The position numbers and the translations under genes are program-made. The notes under the pieces were generated by a model. That model was given only the letters and a program-made list of their open reading frames with translations, was not told the origin of the DNA and searched no databases. From contig CM097885.1 of NCBI GenBank assembly GCA_044892525.1, positions 8,372,001 through 8,436,000 of the forward strand: a stretch of 64,000 nucleotides of DNA, read 5' to 3'. Source of the DNA: Schmidtea polychroa. Lineage: Eukaryota. Positions 1 through 13,683 of this stretch are shown piece after piece. Every line of letters begins with the position of its first letter. The first letter of the stretch is position 1.

Positions 1-658
1 CAATTTTTCCAAGAAATTTCCATATTCCAGTTCGATTTTGTTGATTGAAATTGGAAATACGATAACAGGATTTATTAATCGATATCATTTGATCAATAAA
101 TCTTGGAATCAATTTAAACAATAAATCAATATTCAAATCAGTTTCCAATTGAGATGCAAATTCATATATTGTAGAATTTATTGATTTTTTAGACAGCTCA
201 ATTACTGGCATCAAATCGATTTTATTTTGAGAATCAATTAAAGAATTGTTTGTCAATTCTTCAAAATAATAAATCGAACGATTTGTCATTTCATAGACAT
301 TGGTTTTTTCCAGAAAAATAGGGAAAATTGTCACGGTTCGTGACACCAAGCCAATGATTATGATGCTTACTAAGAAGTATGTAAATCGCCGATTGAATTT
401 GGAAGTTTCAAATTTTAAAGACTTTCTGAATCGGACGCATCGTTTGTGGAATCTCGATTTAAAATACTTGTTGATAAAGGAGTGGATCAGAATTATCGTA
501 ATAATTAGAAAGGTTGTCAAAATAATCGTGATCAGGATAGCGATGGCTAAGTAGAATTTATTTGATGATGTCAAATCCAAATATGAGTTCAAATAATTTG
601 ATATCACTGTCCTATTATACAGGCAACTGTAACACGATTGTCTTACGTAATCCGACAT
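1..658 (-). CDS. Partial membrane protein gene (two TM segments then a glycosylated luminal region; possibly prominin-like), runs off the window start
   Basis: Manual translation of the minus strand is stop-free from ~723 to 1, with ATG at 658: MSDYVRQSCYSC...FYLAIAILITIILTTFLIITIILIHSFI...FTYFLVSIIIIGLVSRTVTIFPIFL...NRS/NNS/NST/NKS/NRT sequons. It is missing from the ORF track because no stop lies inside the window. Family assignment is a guess. Confidence 0.5.
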   Translation of the reverse strand, partial: MSDYVRQSCYSCLYNRTVISNYLNSYLDLTSSNKFYLAIAILITIILTTFLIITIILIHSFINKYFKSRFHKRCVRFRKSLKFETSKFNRRFTYFLVSIIIIGLVSRTVTIFPIFLEKTNVYEMTNRSIYYFEELTNNSLIDSQNKIDLMPVIELSKKSINSTIYEFASQLETDLNIDLLFKLIPRFIDQMISINKSCYRISNFNQQNRTGIWKFLGKI

Positions 659-821
659 GAATAATAAGATTCCTCCGTTTCGAGTAGGCTGAAAATTATC
701 CATAACTGATCGTAATAGGCTGTTCATTGTGATTGACGTGATGAAACTAATGAAATATTTTATGAATAATGATAACTCTTCATTTTATCTCATGTTTCAA
801 TTACTCAATCAATATTGATTA

Positions 822-867
<46 letters not shown>

Positions 868-899
868 GTGATGATTTCTTGGTAGCAGCGTTTATTATT

Positions 900-1300
900 T
901 AAAACAATAAAATGATAATTTATTTAATGTATTTAATGAAAAAATTTTCGGCTATAAGATAGTCCTTGTCAATCTCCTGGAATTTAGCAATCTTCTTCCC
1001 GAAAATATATTTCTGTCTTTCTTTTATTTCTCTTTTCTTAATATTTATTTTATTTTTAATTTTAATTTTCAAAAAAAATTTTAAATATTTTTAATAAAAA
1101 AATTCATAAAAAGAAAGTATATGTTATATTTAGAACCAATGAGAATTAAGAAAAAGGAAATAAAAGAAAGATGGAAATGTATTTTCGGGAAAAAGATTGC
1201 TAAATTCCAAGAGATTGACAAGGACTATCGTATAGTCGAAAATTTTTTCATTAAATACATTATTTGCGGCAAAAGGCTTAAATTATCACTTTATTGTATT
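900..1300. repeat. Imperfect inverted repeat (~120-140 bp arms, ~100 bp AT spacer); fold-back/MITE remnant
   Basis: gatagtccttgtcaatctcctggaatttagcaatc (~958-992) is the near reverse complement of gattgctaaattccaagagattgacaaggactatc (~1195-1229); the match extends over ~923-1040 vs ~1144-1262. Confidence 0.7.
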
Positions 1301-1479
1301 ATTATTATTATTATTATAAGAATTTTTTTTTCCAATTTCCCCACTGATTATTTTTTCCATTGAATTTATTATTATTATTATTAAAATAATTAGTAAAATA
1401 TATGAATAAACTTTGCAGCAAATTTCAAGTTTATTCAAAATAAAAACTTTTAGAATTTTGGTATTTTACTGCATCATCA

Positions 1480-2480
1480 TTCGAAATGGAGTTAAACCAG
1501 ATCCAGTAAATGTCGATAAAGCAAAAATATTTCCTGAACTAAAAACATTTAAACACATCAAAGGCTTTTAAGACTTAGCAGGATATTACAGGAAGTGCGG
1601 ACATGTTGTCGAGAATAGATCAGTATGGGGAGGATGAAAATGTAAAAGAAGGAAGACTCGGAGGAACGATCTTTATGTTGACTAGAGAAACGGAGAGACT
1701 CACCAATTTAATTTAAGTAGAATAAGTTTTTCCATACCACCCCAAACGGACAAGTGGATGAAAGGACTCAGAGGGACGTTTGCAAATATAAAAGCATCGC
1801 ACGTCAAATCAGGACAAACCAACTCGGATATAAACATCCCATCCTGTTTATTCGTGTATCAAAATGCGGTGCACAAAAGAACCGGTCAAAACCATTCCAT
1901 TCGGCAAATTGAAATGCCAGTTGATTTGTTAATTTTTCCAAATGCAAACAAGAATTATCTCATGGAAAGAAAGAATGCAGAAGGCATTGACTAAAACCGG
2001 CCTCGGCATTAAATTTAGTAAATAGGCATCTAAAGATGACCACGACCATAAGGCAAAAGAACATGACATGTCGTATGGAATTAAATAATATTAGAAAGTC
2101 AAAAAGGAATTATCTCCTAAGCTGATGAGAATTTTTAAAGACCCATTTGAGGTGTTACGAACTACGGATTTCAAATTAAAATTACACTTGGTAGTCAACC
2201 GAAAAGCTGAACCAATTATAGTGCACACTAACCAATTTAATAAGTGTGTAGCCACAGAAAAGGGAGAAAGAAATTCTAAAAATCTCAAAAATACCATGGA
2301 AAATAAAGGCACAGAAGATTACACTCACAGGTACCCATTGCGATCTGACGGAGTGCAAAAATTATTATCATTTTTAGTTCTCGTAAGCTGTATCATGCTG
2401 TCTGCACACACAGCAGCACTTGCTATATTCCAACAAATTGCGATGCAAATATATTATGTCCACTTTGCTCATACGCATTA
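1480..2480 (+). pseudogene. Degenerate Gypsy-type pol fragments (RT connection, integrase YHPQTD, GPF-type motif)
   Basis: Broken frames give LAGYYRK (~1575-1595), YHPQTD (~1735-1752) and KKELSPKLMRIFKDPFEVL (~2101-2157); many stops and frameshifts. Confidence 0.65.
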
Positions 2481-3412
2481 GAGATTTCGAATATTCACAA
2501 AATGTGAAAATAAAACAGGATCTAGTCTGACATTTTGCGCAGAAGACTCTTTTTCTTTCTCATTAAACTGAGTTACGATCGAAAAGCCAATCACGATTAT
2601 GCATTACACGTAGTATTCCAAAACTATTTTTTAAGATGTTGGATCACTTACTACATTTCTCACTAGGTATTAAGGACGACACAATATCTCAGTCGAATAA
2701 TAAGTTCTTATAAAGGAAACGATGTAATTTTTCAAAGGTCCGGAAAAAGGAAGTCGAAGTTAAAATAAATCTTTAATTTAGAGAAAGAGCCGTTAAAATA
2801 TATCAGATACCTAGTTAGTCTTAATAATCTATTATAGTCAAGACAACTGGTTTATTGAAAAGTTGTATCAAGTGTTTGAAAAAAGAATACCACTGAAAAA
2901 GTAGATAATAAGAACAACGAAAATCGATGGCCGCCAGAATAAGATGATTTATATCCGGTCATTTGAGAACATCTGAAGAAATGACCGAATAAAGCTCAAA
3001 TGATGTTAGCACAAACTGAAAACCAACTCTGCGAAATATAAATTGTAGACATTAACGGATTGAACTAGCACAGACTTGAAATGTTTTCCCACTCGTAACT
3101 TACAATTCGTAAAAATTTTTAAATTATTCTTTTTTTGTAAAATTTATATATCATAAAACAATTATTCTAAAATTTATTAAAATATAATTATTTATATTAA
3201 TTTATAAATTTCATTTAAATAACACATAAATTCAATTAAAAGTTAATTTTAAAAAAGAATAATTAAAAACTTTACTTTAAAATTAACTTTCAAAGTTATT
3301 TCGTGTTTATGAATTAAATGTTTCATTTTTCATTTAATTTCAATAAATCTTAACTTTGTTTAAATAATATATATAATTTTCACTTTTTAGATAACCTTTA
3401 AATTTTATTACT

Positions 3413-5376
3413 ATGGAATGCAAATCTTGCAGAAGTAAAAATGTCGTCGAAAATGATAATAACGCAGAAATTGTTTGTGAAGATTGTGGGTGGTTTTGTG
3501 AAATCGATGATTTTAAAGGTGAGACTGAATTTCATGAAACAGCAAATGGTAGTAAAGTTCCCGTTGGATGCTTAATTATGACTGGATTTTCTGCTGCAAA
3601 ACAAATTTCAGTAAATAAAGGTTAATTTGAATGAAATTTATATTAAATTAAATTAACTCATAGCAAAGGATAAAATTAATGTGTTATGTAATAAATTGTT
3701 TCTTGAGCCATATGTCGCTGCATTTGCTTTAGAGATATATAAATCAGCTTTTATCAGGGGTATGACTAAAGGACGTCTTTCTATAATCGTAGCTGGAGCT
3801 TGTCTGTATTTGGCGTCACGTTTAAAACGTCAATCAATTATGTTGTTAGATATAAGTGATAAGATTAACGTAAATGTTTACGAACTCGGTAAAACATATA
3901 TTGTGATCAAAGAAAGTTTCGGTCAGAAAGTGCAAGACATTGATCCTTGCTTGTTTATTGATCGATTTGCAGCTAAAATGGAATTAGATGATAAAACTGC
4001 ACTAGTATCAATGACAGCGTTAAAATTACTGCAACGAATGAAAAAAGATTGGATCAGCACAGGTCGGCGCCCGTCTTCAGTTACGGCAGCTGCACTATTA
4101 ATATCTGCAAGAATTCACGGATTCGATAGAAATTACGAAGATGTTTCTAAAATTGGTAAAGATTAATATTCACAGAAAACCTCATATTTGTAATTTCCAG
4201 CTGGTGTAAGCGAAATAACCTGCCGAAAACGATTAGAAGAATGGTCGAAAACTCCTACAGCTAATTTAACGCTCTCAGAATTTCACACTATTGACTTTGA
4301 AGAGGAATTTGATCCGCCTGCTTTCACAGCTCAAAATGTCAAAGCTAAAATTTCAGTTCCAGAAATGAGCGAAAAGCAAATATCACGAATCAAAGAAGAT
4401 ATTATGGAAATGAAGCACAGAATGGAAGAGACCAATCAAATTGATAACAAAGAAAAGTGGGTTTTTTGGCAAAATGATCAATATATATTCATAGTGCAAT
4501 AAATTATAATTCCATAGAAATTTATCAGAATTGATATCATCAGTTGAGGATGGAGAAATTCCACTTGAATTCTTGCTGGGTAACATTGACAGCCATTCCG
4601 ACAATGAGGATTCGGATATTGAAGAGGAGAAAATTGGCAGGAGAAATCTGATAAAGGAATGTATCAATTCGAAAGCAGTACGAGATTTATTCACAAATGC
4701 CTCGAAATCAGAAGCCTGTCTAGGGAATCCCGTGAATAAATTAGACGAGTTGCCATTGCAGTTGCCATTGGTGTTACCAATAAGCGATTCCGAGGAATTG
4801 GTACCGTTTGATCACAACGCTGAACTGGACATGACAGACATTGATGATAATGAGTTGATATCAGTAAGCATTTTGATTGGTGGCTATTTACCAATAATAT
4901 CTATCTACCACCAATCAGACCTACATTTTGAGCCATGAGGAATCCGTTAAAAAGTTGCGATGGTTTTATAAAACGAACAAAGATTATTATCGGAAGAAAA
5001 AGGCAACCGAAGCTAAGAAAGCAGAGAAATTGAAAAGAATCCAAAACAGCACAAAGAAGGTTTGTTGGGAATTGTATCGAGTGATGCGGTGAATTATTGA
5101 TTATTGTTTTACCGGTTCTAGCCGAGAATGAAACGCCAGAAACGCGGGGCTGAATGGATGGTGAATCCAGATGAGGTGATCCGAGATATCAAACTGAGCT
5201 TGCAATCCACAGACACCAAAATCATGAAATTATCCCCCAACAAAGAGACAGATGCTCAAAGCCCACCGAATTCCCCAATGAAATACGAGCGAGGTTATCC
5301 ACTGAGTGACAATGACGCAACCAGTTACGATGTGGAGGCTACGGAAATGAATGATAACTACGATGAAGATGACTAG
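3413..5376 (+). CDS. BRF1: Transcription factor IIIB 90 kDa subunit BRF1; join(3413-3620,3664-4155,4201-4456,4518-4863,4919-5059,5122-5376)
   Basis: N-terminal Zn ribbon (CxxC...CEDCG), two cyclin folds (TKGR...AGACLYLASR; RMKKDWISTGRRPS), RKRLEEWSKTPT...DFEEEFDPPAF, and C-terminal TBP-binding block DIDDNELISTYILSHEE...WFYKTNKDY. Five GT-AG introns of 43-62 bp keep the frame throughout. Confidence 0.93.
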
Positions 5377-5419
5377 TAGCAGCGATCCTATTGATGAAGC
5401 ATCCTATAATCCATTATTT

Positions 5420-6640
5420 TTCTGATCTTTGTATTTATTTGGAATATATTTGACTTATTTGATTGGATGAATGCTATTTATGGAATTTATTTGATTGGAT
5501 GAATGATATTAGGAATATACTTGTATTATTCTATTATCATTGGTTCATTGGATGATATTTGGAATATATACGTATACTGTTATTCTTACTTGATTGAATG
5601 ATATATCGAGATTCTAGGAATATACCCGTTATACTCTGTTATTCTTGTTTGATTGGATGATATTTTCAAATATATACATAATATACGCTTTTATTCTTGT
5701 TTGATTGGATGAATGCTAGTTATGGAATTTATTTGATTGGATGAATGATATTTGGAATATACGCGTAATATATTATGTTATCCTTGCTTAATTGGATGAA
5801 TGCTATTAGGAATATACTCAGTGCTCGAAGTGAGGCGGGATAGCCGGGATATTATCCCGGCATTGATTATGTAGGCGGAATTGCATCCCGGCACTTCATT
5901 TCATATAATCTATAGGTTTATCCCGGTACTTATTTCATTTTATAGGCACACAAATACTGCAATTAAGGTCACACATAGTACATCCATATATGTATGTATA
6001 TATATTCTTTATTCTCTATTCTCTATTCAATTAAGAATTTCCCAAGCAGCAGTAATGGATAGGTAGGTATATTCTCTTATTTATTTTAGTTAAACCAGCA
6101 AGTTGTTTGTTGAGTTATTTATACTGCGACCCGCTCTATATATAATGTGTCTATATATAAAATTTGTTGCACACCCCCCAAAGTTTTGCAACACACCCAA
6201 CTGAAAATTTCTGCATAAAAGCCTGGAATCCCGGGTGCCACAGCATGCCTATCCCGGCACATATTTTGTTCCACTTCGAGCACTGAATATACTTGTATTA
6301 TTCTATTATCATTGGTTCATTGGATGATATTTGGAATATATACGTATACTGTTATTCTTACTTGATTGAATGATATATCGAGATTCTAGGAATATACCTG
6401 TTATTCTTGTTTGATTGATGATGTTTGGAAATTGATTGGATGATATTTTCAAATATATACATAATATACGCTTTTATTCTTGCTTGATTGGATGAATGAT
6501 ATTAGGAATATTCATTTGTTATATTGAATGATGTCGAGATATTTGAGATATACTCTTATCCTTGATTGAATGTTATATTGAGATATTTGGAATACACTCT
6601 GTTATCCATCCTTGATTGAATGATATATGGAATAAACATG
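5420..6640 (+). repeat. Degenerate minisatellite (unit core ttgattggatgaatgatatt(t)ggaatata) downstream of BRF1
   Basis: Many imperfect copies; the block at ~5510-5710 recurs at ~6286-6500. Confidence 0.7.
5819..6285. mobile_element. Non-autonomous hAT element (MITE), 467 bp
   Basis: 14-bp perfect TIR cagtgctcgaagtg/cacttcgagcactg; 8-bp TSD AATATACT (5811-5818, 6286-6293); subterminal atcccgg repeats. Confidence 0.9.
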
Positions 6641-7399
6641 AATTTTTTTTGTACGTTATTTAATCGATAATTTATCTATTTTACTTGCAAAAAATATTTA
6701 TGTTTTCTAATTTCTATTGTATATTTAAACTTGCTTGATTATTTGAAAGAATATCAACCATATTTATATATTAAGTCTAATTTGTTTTGATGTATTACTT
6801 AAGATTATCCTAAACGGATCGGGTTTTAGTTAAAGAACTATTTTAATAAGCAAATCTATTTATTTTACAAAAATATGTTTTTGCTAAGTTGATCTAATAT
6901 ATGAAGAACACCAGTGAATTCAATCTTCAAATTGTTTATGAATGATTAATAAAATTCTATTTAAACTATATGTCACGGGCACGTACATTAAGTGGTTAAT
7001 CAAGTTAACTTGGATTTATCATTTCAGTAGTTTTGTGGGGTTATTAGTCTATAAGGTCGTTTGATTCGTCCCTTTTATAAATCAATAATTAAAACAAAAT
7101 AAATTCATTTTTGAATATACAACTCGTTTTAGGATTTGAAATTTTAAGAATTATATTCAAAGTTCCTTTCTTTCATTGATCTCTCCTTGGTTTGATTCTA
7201 AATTCAATTTGAATAATTCTTTAATTTTGTTTCTCTTCGACAGTTAAATCCATCTTTAAATTTAGTAAATTCAGTAAAAGTCTTGAAACCAACAATATAT
7301 ATATATATATATATTTGATCAAAAGGATTTATAAAATAATAAGTTTTTAATTTTTTTTACAAAAACCGCCACTCCAATTATTAAAACAACAAGATATCT

Positions 7400-8167
7400 A
7401 ACTCTCCCCTTCTTAAGACTTTTTCCACTTCTTCAGCCACTCGATTCTTCTTTATTCGTTCCTTCTTGTGAATGTAGTTCGACTCGATGAGGTGGTAGAA
7501 ATCTGACGATTTTATATGGGCCATCGTATTGCATACCATCCTTGTGCCTGTTCTTGGGCTCTTTACATACGAGTAACTCCCCCCCCCCCCCCCCCACCTC
7601 GAAACCACGAGTGCACCTCTTTGTCTTATCCATAGCTCTCATAGTGTCTGCGGCTTTACTCGAGTTAAATCTCGCGTCTTCGATTCTTTCGCTTCTTGAT
7701 ATCTCTGCTTGTTTCAGGTTAGAGTGTAGGTTGACACTCCGTCCATAAATTATCTCAAATGGTGATAAACCTGTAGCACTTTGTCGACTGCTATTTATAG
7801 TGAACTCCATTCTGGGTAGAAGTTCGTGCCAGTTTCTCTCTTCACATCCACCTGTCAATGTTGCTGTAATAAGATCTCTTATCGTTCGTATGGCTCTTTC
7901 GGCTAAACCATTTGATTGGTGCTGGTAAGGTGAGCTGAATTCCTGTTTGATTCCAAGTTCCTGTAGCTTCTGTCTTAGGAAATTCCCTTTGAAATTTCGG
8001 CCTCTATCTGTTAAAATGCTCTTCGGTTTTCCAAATCGATAGATCCAACTATTAAGTATTGTTTTGAAAATTGTCACTGCGTCTTGCTTTGTGATAGCAG
8101 TAAAAGAAATCAGTTTGCTAAAACGGCCCACCATTACTACCATATATATTTCATGGCGTATAACAAT
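7400..8167 (-). pseudogene. Gypsy/Ty3 integrase core and GPY region, interrupted at its N-terminal end by the Polinton-type insertion; polypurine tract at ~7402-7413
   Basis: RFGKPKSILTDRGRNF, SPYQHQSNGLAER, TGLSPFEIIYG, frameshifted YDGPYKI; aagaaggggagag follows. The first 15 aa of the track ORF (MIWRGPGLGSPHPTT) come from the inserted terminus. Confidence 0.88.
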
Positions 8168-8244
8168 AGTAGTAGGATGTGGGCTCCCCAGACCAGGTCC
8201 CCTCCAGATCACATATACCCCCCCCCCGGGAAAAAATTTTATTT

Positions 8245-9120
8245 TTTTTTTAGAACGATGCCTAATATTTTTAGAACTATTACGTAATCAATGCCTAATA
8301 TTTTTAGAACGATGCCTAATATTTTTAGAACTATTACGTAATCAATGCCTAATATTTTTAGAACGATGCCTAATATTTTTAGAACTATTATGTAATTTTT
8401 TTTTAAATTAATTGGTCCAGCGGTGACCTACTTTTTTTCTTCCCAAAAGTAATGTTCCCGCCAACAAATTTTATTGAACGATACCTCATCTTAAAGCTCA
8501 GTCCAAGACCTTTCGAATGAGCTATAGGTATCTTATATATCTTTAATAGTTTTAATGTTATTAACAATTGATGACCACCATCTTTTCAACGTTAAATTAT
8601 TATTATTTTTCAAAATATTATTAAGTGATCCAGCGGGGACCTACTTTTTTTCATCCCAAAAATTATTGTTCCCGCCAACATATTATATTGATCGATAGCT
8701 TATTTTAAAGCTCTGTGCAAGAACTTTCTAATGAGATATAGATTTTTATCATACGATGACTCATCACATTTTTAGAACAAAGACAATGACTCATCACATT
8801 TTTAGAATGATGTCTAATATTTTAGAATGATGCCAAATATTTTTAGATTGATTACGTCATAATTTTAGAACGATGCCACATATTTTTAGAACGATGCCTA
8901 ATATTTTTAGAATGATTACGTCATATTTTTAGAACGATGCCTAATATTTTTAGAACTATTACGTAATCGATGTCTAATATTTTTAGAACGATGCCAAATA
9001 TTTTTAGAACGATGCCTAATATTTTTAGAATGATTACGTCATACTTTTAGAACGATGCCTAATATTTTTAGAATGATTACGTCATACTTTTAGAACGATG
9101 CCTAATATTTTTAGAACTAA
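8245..9120 (+). repeat. Subterminal 21-22 bp tandem arrays (tttttagaacgatgcctaata / tttttagaacgattacgtcata)
   Basis: Also at ~11130-12150 and ~13775-14795, and inverted at ~30250-31325 and ~40150-40965. These generate the spurious FLERCLI ORFs. Confidence 0.9.
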
Positions 9121-9338
9121 TAATTTTGTTTTAATTATCGATTATATAATAATTTAATTTTGTTTAAATCGTTGATTATATAATTTGTTTAAATCATTGA
9201 TTATATAATTTTTTGTTTTAATTATCGAATACGTAATAATATAATTTGTTTAAATCGTTGATTACATATTATTATTTTTTAATTTTCAATATTTTCTTTT
9301 AAAATATTAACGCCCATGTGGAAGATGTTATTTTCAAA

Positions 9339-9339
<1 letters not shown>

Positions 9340-9380
<41 letters not shown>

Positions 9381-9785
9381 TGCAATTATTCATAAAACTT
9401 AATTTCTACATCAATTTCATGATTTTCAACATTTTCATCATTTGCATTTTTTAATAATTATCAATATTTTCATAATTTTCTACATTTTCAATATTTTCAC
9501 GATTTTCAACATTTTCATGATTATTTCAGGAACTTTTACATCAAATATTGTTCAAAGTATTATTTTCAAAGAATTATTTTCAAAGTTTTAATCAATATTA
9601 TTATTATTATTAATATTATTATTATGATTATTATTATATATACTCCTAGTCTATCCGACAAGATATTCTGTCCCCCTAAGGGTAATGGTCACAAAGGTAC
9701 TACTCACATTCAACAAGTCACAAGGGTACTGCTCACACTCAATATGTCGTAAATTATTATTATTATTATTTCAAATACAAGTTCA

Positions 9786-9864
<79 letters not shown>

Positions 9865-10226
9865 TATTATTACGCGCACGGGGAATATTATTATCATATA
9901 TACTCTTAATCTATCCGACAAAATATTCTATCCCTCTATGGGTATTGCTCATATGGGTAATGGTCAAAGGTGTACTACTCACATTCAACATGTTTCAAAG
10001 GGTATAATATAATTATTATTAAATTCTGACCAACTTAAATCAATGAAGGGGTAGAACAAAAATATATTAAGTTGCGGTATTTTAAATTTAAAAATATTTT
10101 AAAAACTTATTTTGACACTAAAGTTTACTTAATTAACAAAGACATAATTATTGCACATGCTTTGCATAAATATTATTATTTTTTAAATTTTCAATATTTT
10201 CTTTTAAAGTATTAACACGCGCGGGA

Positions 10227-10274
<48 letters not shown>

Positions 10275-10385
10275 GTTAACGAAAAATCTAAAATATGGTT
10301 TACACACACAACCCATTAAACTTTATTATTATTAACGCAAATATTAGTGAAAAACCTAAAATATTTTTTACACGACCCATTAAAC

Positions 10386-10430
<45 letters not shown>

Positions 10431-10607
10431 GCAAATATTAGTCAAAAACATAAAATATTTTTACACACACACAACCCATTAACCATTATTATTATTATTG
10501 CAAATATTAGTCAAAAACATAAAAACACTCATTAACCATTATTATTATCAATATTAGTGAAAACCTAAAATATATATTTTTTTCCACACACACACAACCC
10601 ATTAAAC

Positions 10608-10640
<33 letters not shown>

Positions 10641-10751
10641 GTTAACGAAAAATCTAAAATATGGTTTACACACACAACCCATTAAACTTTATTATTATTA
10701 ACGCAAATATTAGTGAAAAACCTAAAATATTTTTTACACGACCCATTAAAC

Positions 10752-10787
<36 letters not shown>

Positions 10788-11000
10788 GCAAATATTAGTC
10801 AAAAACATAAAATATTTTTACACACACACAACCCATTAACCATTATTATTATTGCAAATATTAGTCAAAAACATAAAAACACTCATTAACCATTATTATT
10901 ATCAATATTCGTGAAAACCTCAAATATTTTTTTCCACACACACACAACCCATTAAACTTTATTATTATTATTATTATAATTATTATTATTATTAGTGAAA
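9340..11000 (+). repeat. (ATT)n microsatellites interleaved with acacacaacccattaa-containing minisatellite units
   Basis: Visible directly; mirrored as (AAT)n at ~29220-30170 and ~38215-39930, with tract lengths differing between arms. Confidence 0.9.
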
Positions 11001-11042
11001 AAACCTTAAATAATTTTTACATACTAAGTTATGGGGTAGAGT

Positions 11043-12405
11043 AGTAGTAGGATGTGTCCCCGCCAGATCAGGTCCCCTCCAGATCACATATACCCCCTCC
11101 CCCCCCCCCCGGGAAAAAATTTTATTTTTTTTTAGAACGATGCCTAATATTTTTAGAACTATTACGTAATCAATGCCTAATATTTTTAGAACGATGCCTA
11201 ATATTTTTAGAACTATTACGTAATTTTTTTTAAATTAAGTGATCCAGCGGGGACCTACTTTTTTTCTTCCCAAAAGTAATGTTCCCGCCAACAAATTTTA
11301 TTAACCGATACCTCATCTTAAAGCTCAGTCCAAGACCTTTCGAATGAGCTATAAGTATCTTATATATCTTTAATAGTTTTAATGTTATTAACAATTGATG
11401 ACCACCATCTTTTCAACGTTAAATTATTATTATTTTTCAAAATATTATTAAGTGATCCAGCGGGGACCTACTTTTTTTCATCCCAAAAATTATTGTTCCC
11501 GCCAACATATTATATTGATCGATAGCTTATTTTAAAGCTCTGTGCAAGAACTTTCTAATGAGATATAGATTTTTATCATACGATGACTCATCACATTTTT
11601 AGAACGATTACGTCATACTTTTAGAACGATGCCTAATATTTTTAGAACGATGCCTCTTATTTTTAGAACGATTACGTCATACTTTTAGAATGGTGCCTAA
11701 TATTTTTAGAACGATGCCTTTTAATTTTAGAACGATGCCAAATATTTTTAGAATGGTGCCTAATATTTTTAGAACGATGCCTTTTAATTTTAGAACGATG
11801 CCAAATATTTTTAGAATGGTGCCTAATATTTTTAGAACGATTACGTCATACTTTTAGAACGATGTCTAATGTTTTTAGAACGATGCCTAATATTTTTAGA
11901 ACTATTACGTAATCGATGTCTAATATTTTTAGAACGATGCCAAATATTTTTAGAACGATGCCAAATATTTTTAGAACGATGCCTAATATTTTTAGAACGA
12001 TTACGTCATACTTTTAGAACGATGTCTAATATTTTTAGAACGATGCCTAATATTTTTAGAACGATGCCTAATATTTTTAGAACGATTACGTCATATTTTT
12101 AGAACGATGTCTAATATTTTTAGAACGATGCCAAATATTTTTAGAACTAATAATTTTTGTTTTAATTATCGAATACGTAATAATATAATTTTGTTTAAAT
12201 CGTTGATTACATATTATTATTTTCTAAGTTTTATTATTATTATTATTATTATAATTATATATACTCCGAGTTTATCCGGCAAGATATTCTTTCCCCTATG
12301 GGTACTGCTCACAAATGTACTACTCACATTCAACAAGTCACAAGGGTACTGCTCACACTCAATATGTCGTAAATTATTATTATTATTATTTCAAATACAA
12401 GTTCA

Positions 12406-12496
<91 letters not shown>

Positions 12497-12858
12497 TATT
12501 ATTACGCGCACGGGGAATATTATTATCATATATACTCTTAATCTATCCGACAAAATATTCTATCCCTCTATGGGTATTGCTCATATGGGTAATGGTCAAA
12601 GGTGTACTACTCACATTCAACATGTTTCAAAGGGTATAATATAATTATTATTAAATTCTGACCAACTTAAATCAATGAAGGGGTAGAACAAAAATATATT
12701 AAGTTGCGGTATTTTAAATTTAAAAATATTTTAAAAACTTATTTTGACACTAAAGTTTACTTAATTAACAAAGACATAATTATTGCACATGCTTTGCATA
12801 AATATTATTATTTTTTAAATTTTCAATATTTTCTTTTAAAGTATTAACACGCGCGGGA

Positions 12859-12909
<51 letters not shown>

Positions 12910-13020
12910 GTTAACGAAAAATCTAAAATATGGTTTACACACACAACCCATTAAACTTTATTATTATTAACGCAAATATTAGTGAAAAACCTAAAATATT
13001 TTTTACACGACCCATTAAAC

Positions 13021-13065
<45 letters not shown>

Positions 13066-13242
13066 GCAAATATTAGTCAAAAACATAAAATATTTTTACA
13101 CACACACAACCCATTAACCATTATTATTATTATTGCAAATATTAGTCAAAAACATAAAAACACTCATTAACCATTATTATTATCAATATTAGTGAAAACC
13201 TAAAATATATATTTTTTTCCACACACACACAACCCATTAAAC

Positions 13243-13278
<36 letters not shown>

Positions 13279-13389
13279 GTTAACGAAAAATCTAAAATAT
13301 GGTTTACACACACAACCCATTAAACTTTATTATTATTAACGCAAATATTAGTGAAAAACCTAAAATATTTTTTACACGACCCATTAAAC

Positions 13390-13428
<39 letters not shown>

Positions 13429-13683
13429 GCAAATATTAGTCAAAAACATAAAATATTTTTACACACACACAACCCATTAACCATTATTATTATTGCAAAT
13501 ATTAGTCAAAAACATAAAAACACTCATTAACCATTATTATTATCAATATTCGTGAAAACCTCAAATATTTTTTTCCACACACACACAACCCATTAAACTT
13601 TATTATTATTATTATTATAATTATTATTATTATTAGTGAAAAAACCTTAAATAATTTTTACATACTAAGTTATGGGGTAGAGT
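11043..13683 (+). repeat. ~2.64-kb tandem duplication spanning the A/B insertion junction
   Basis: 11043-~12950 is near-identical to 13684-~15640, and ~12300-13683 is near-identical to ~9690-11042. The TSD plus terminus junction therefore appears twice, 2641 bp apart. Confidence 0.85.

Noticed and set aside
300..554. Plus-strand 84-aa ORF and other short shadow ORFs (e.g. 4383-4694, 42633-43045, 44618-44908, 55868-56485)
   Set aside because: Antisense or alternative-frame shadows of better-supported coding regions.
10300..11000. aacccattaa units resembling telomeric repeats
   Set aside because: Not a contiguous TTAGGG-type array; embedded in a complex minisatellite inside the element.
11590..12150. 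CRISPR-like appearance of the 21-22-bp arrays
   Set aside because: Head-to-tail repeats with no unique spacers, no cas genes, and a eukaryotic context.
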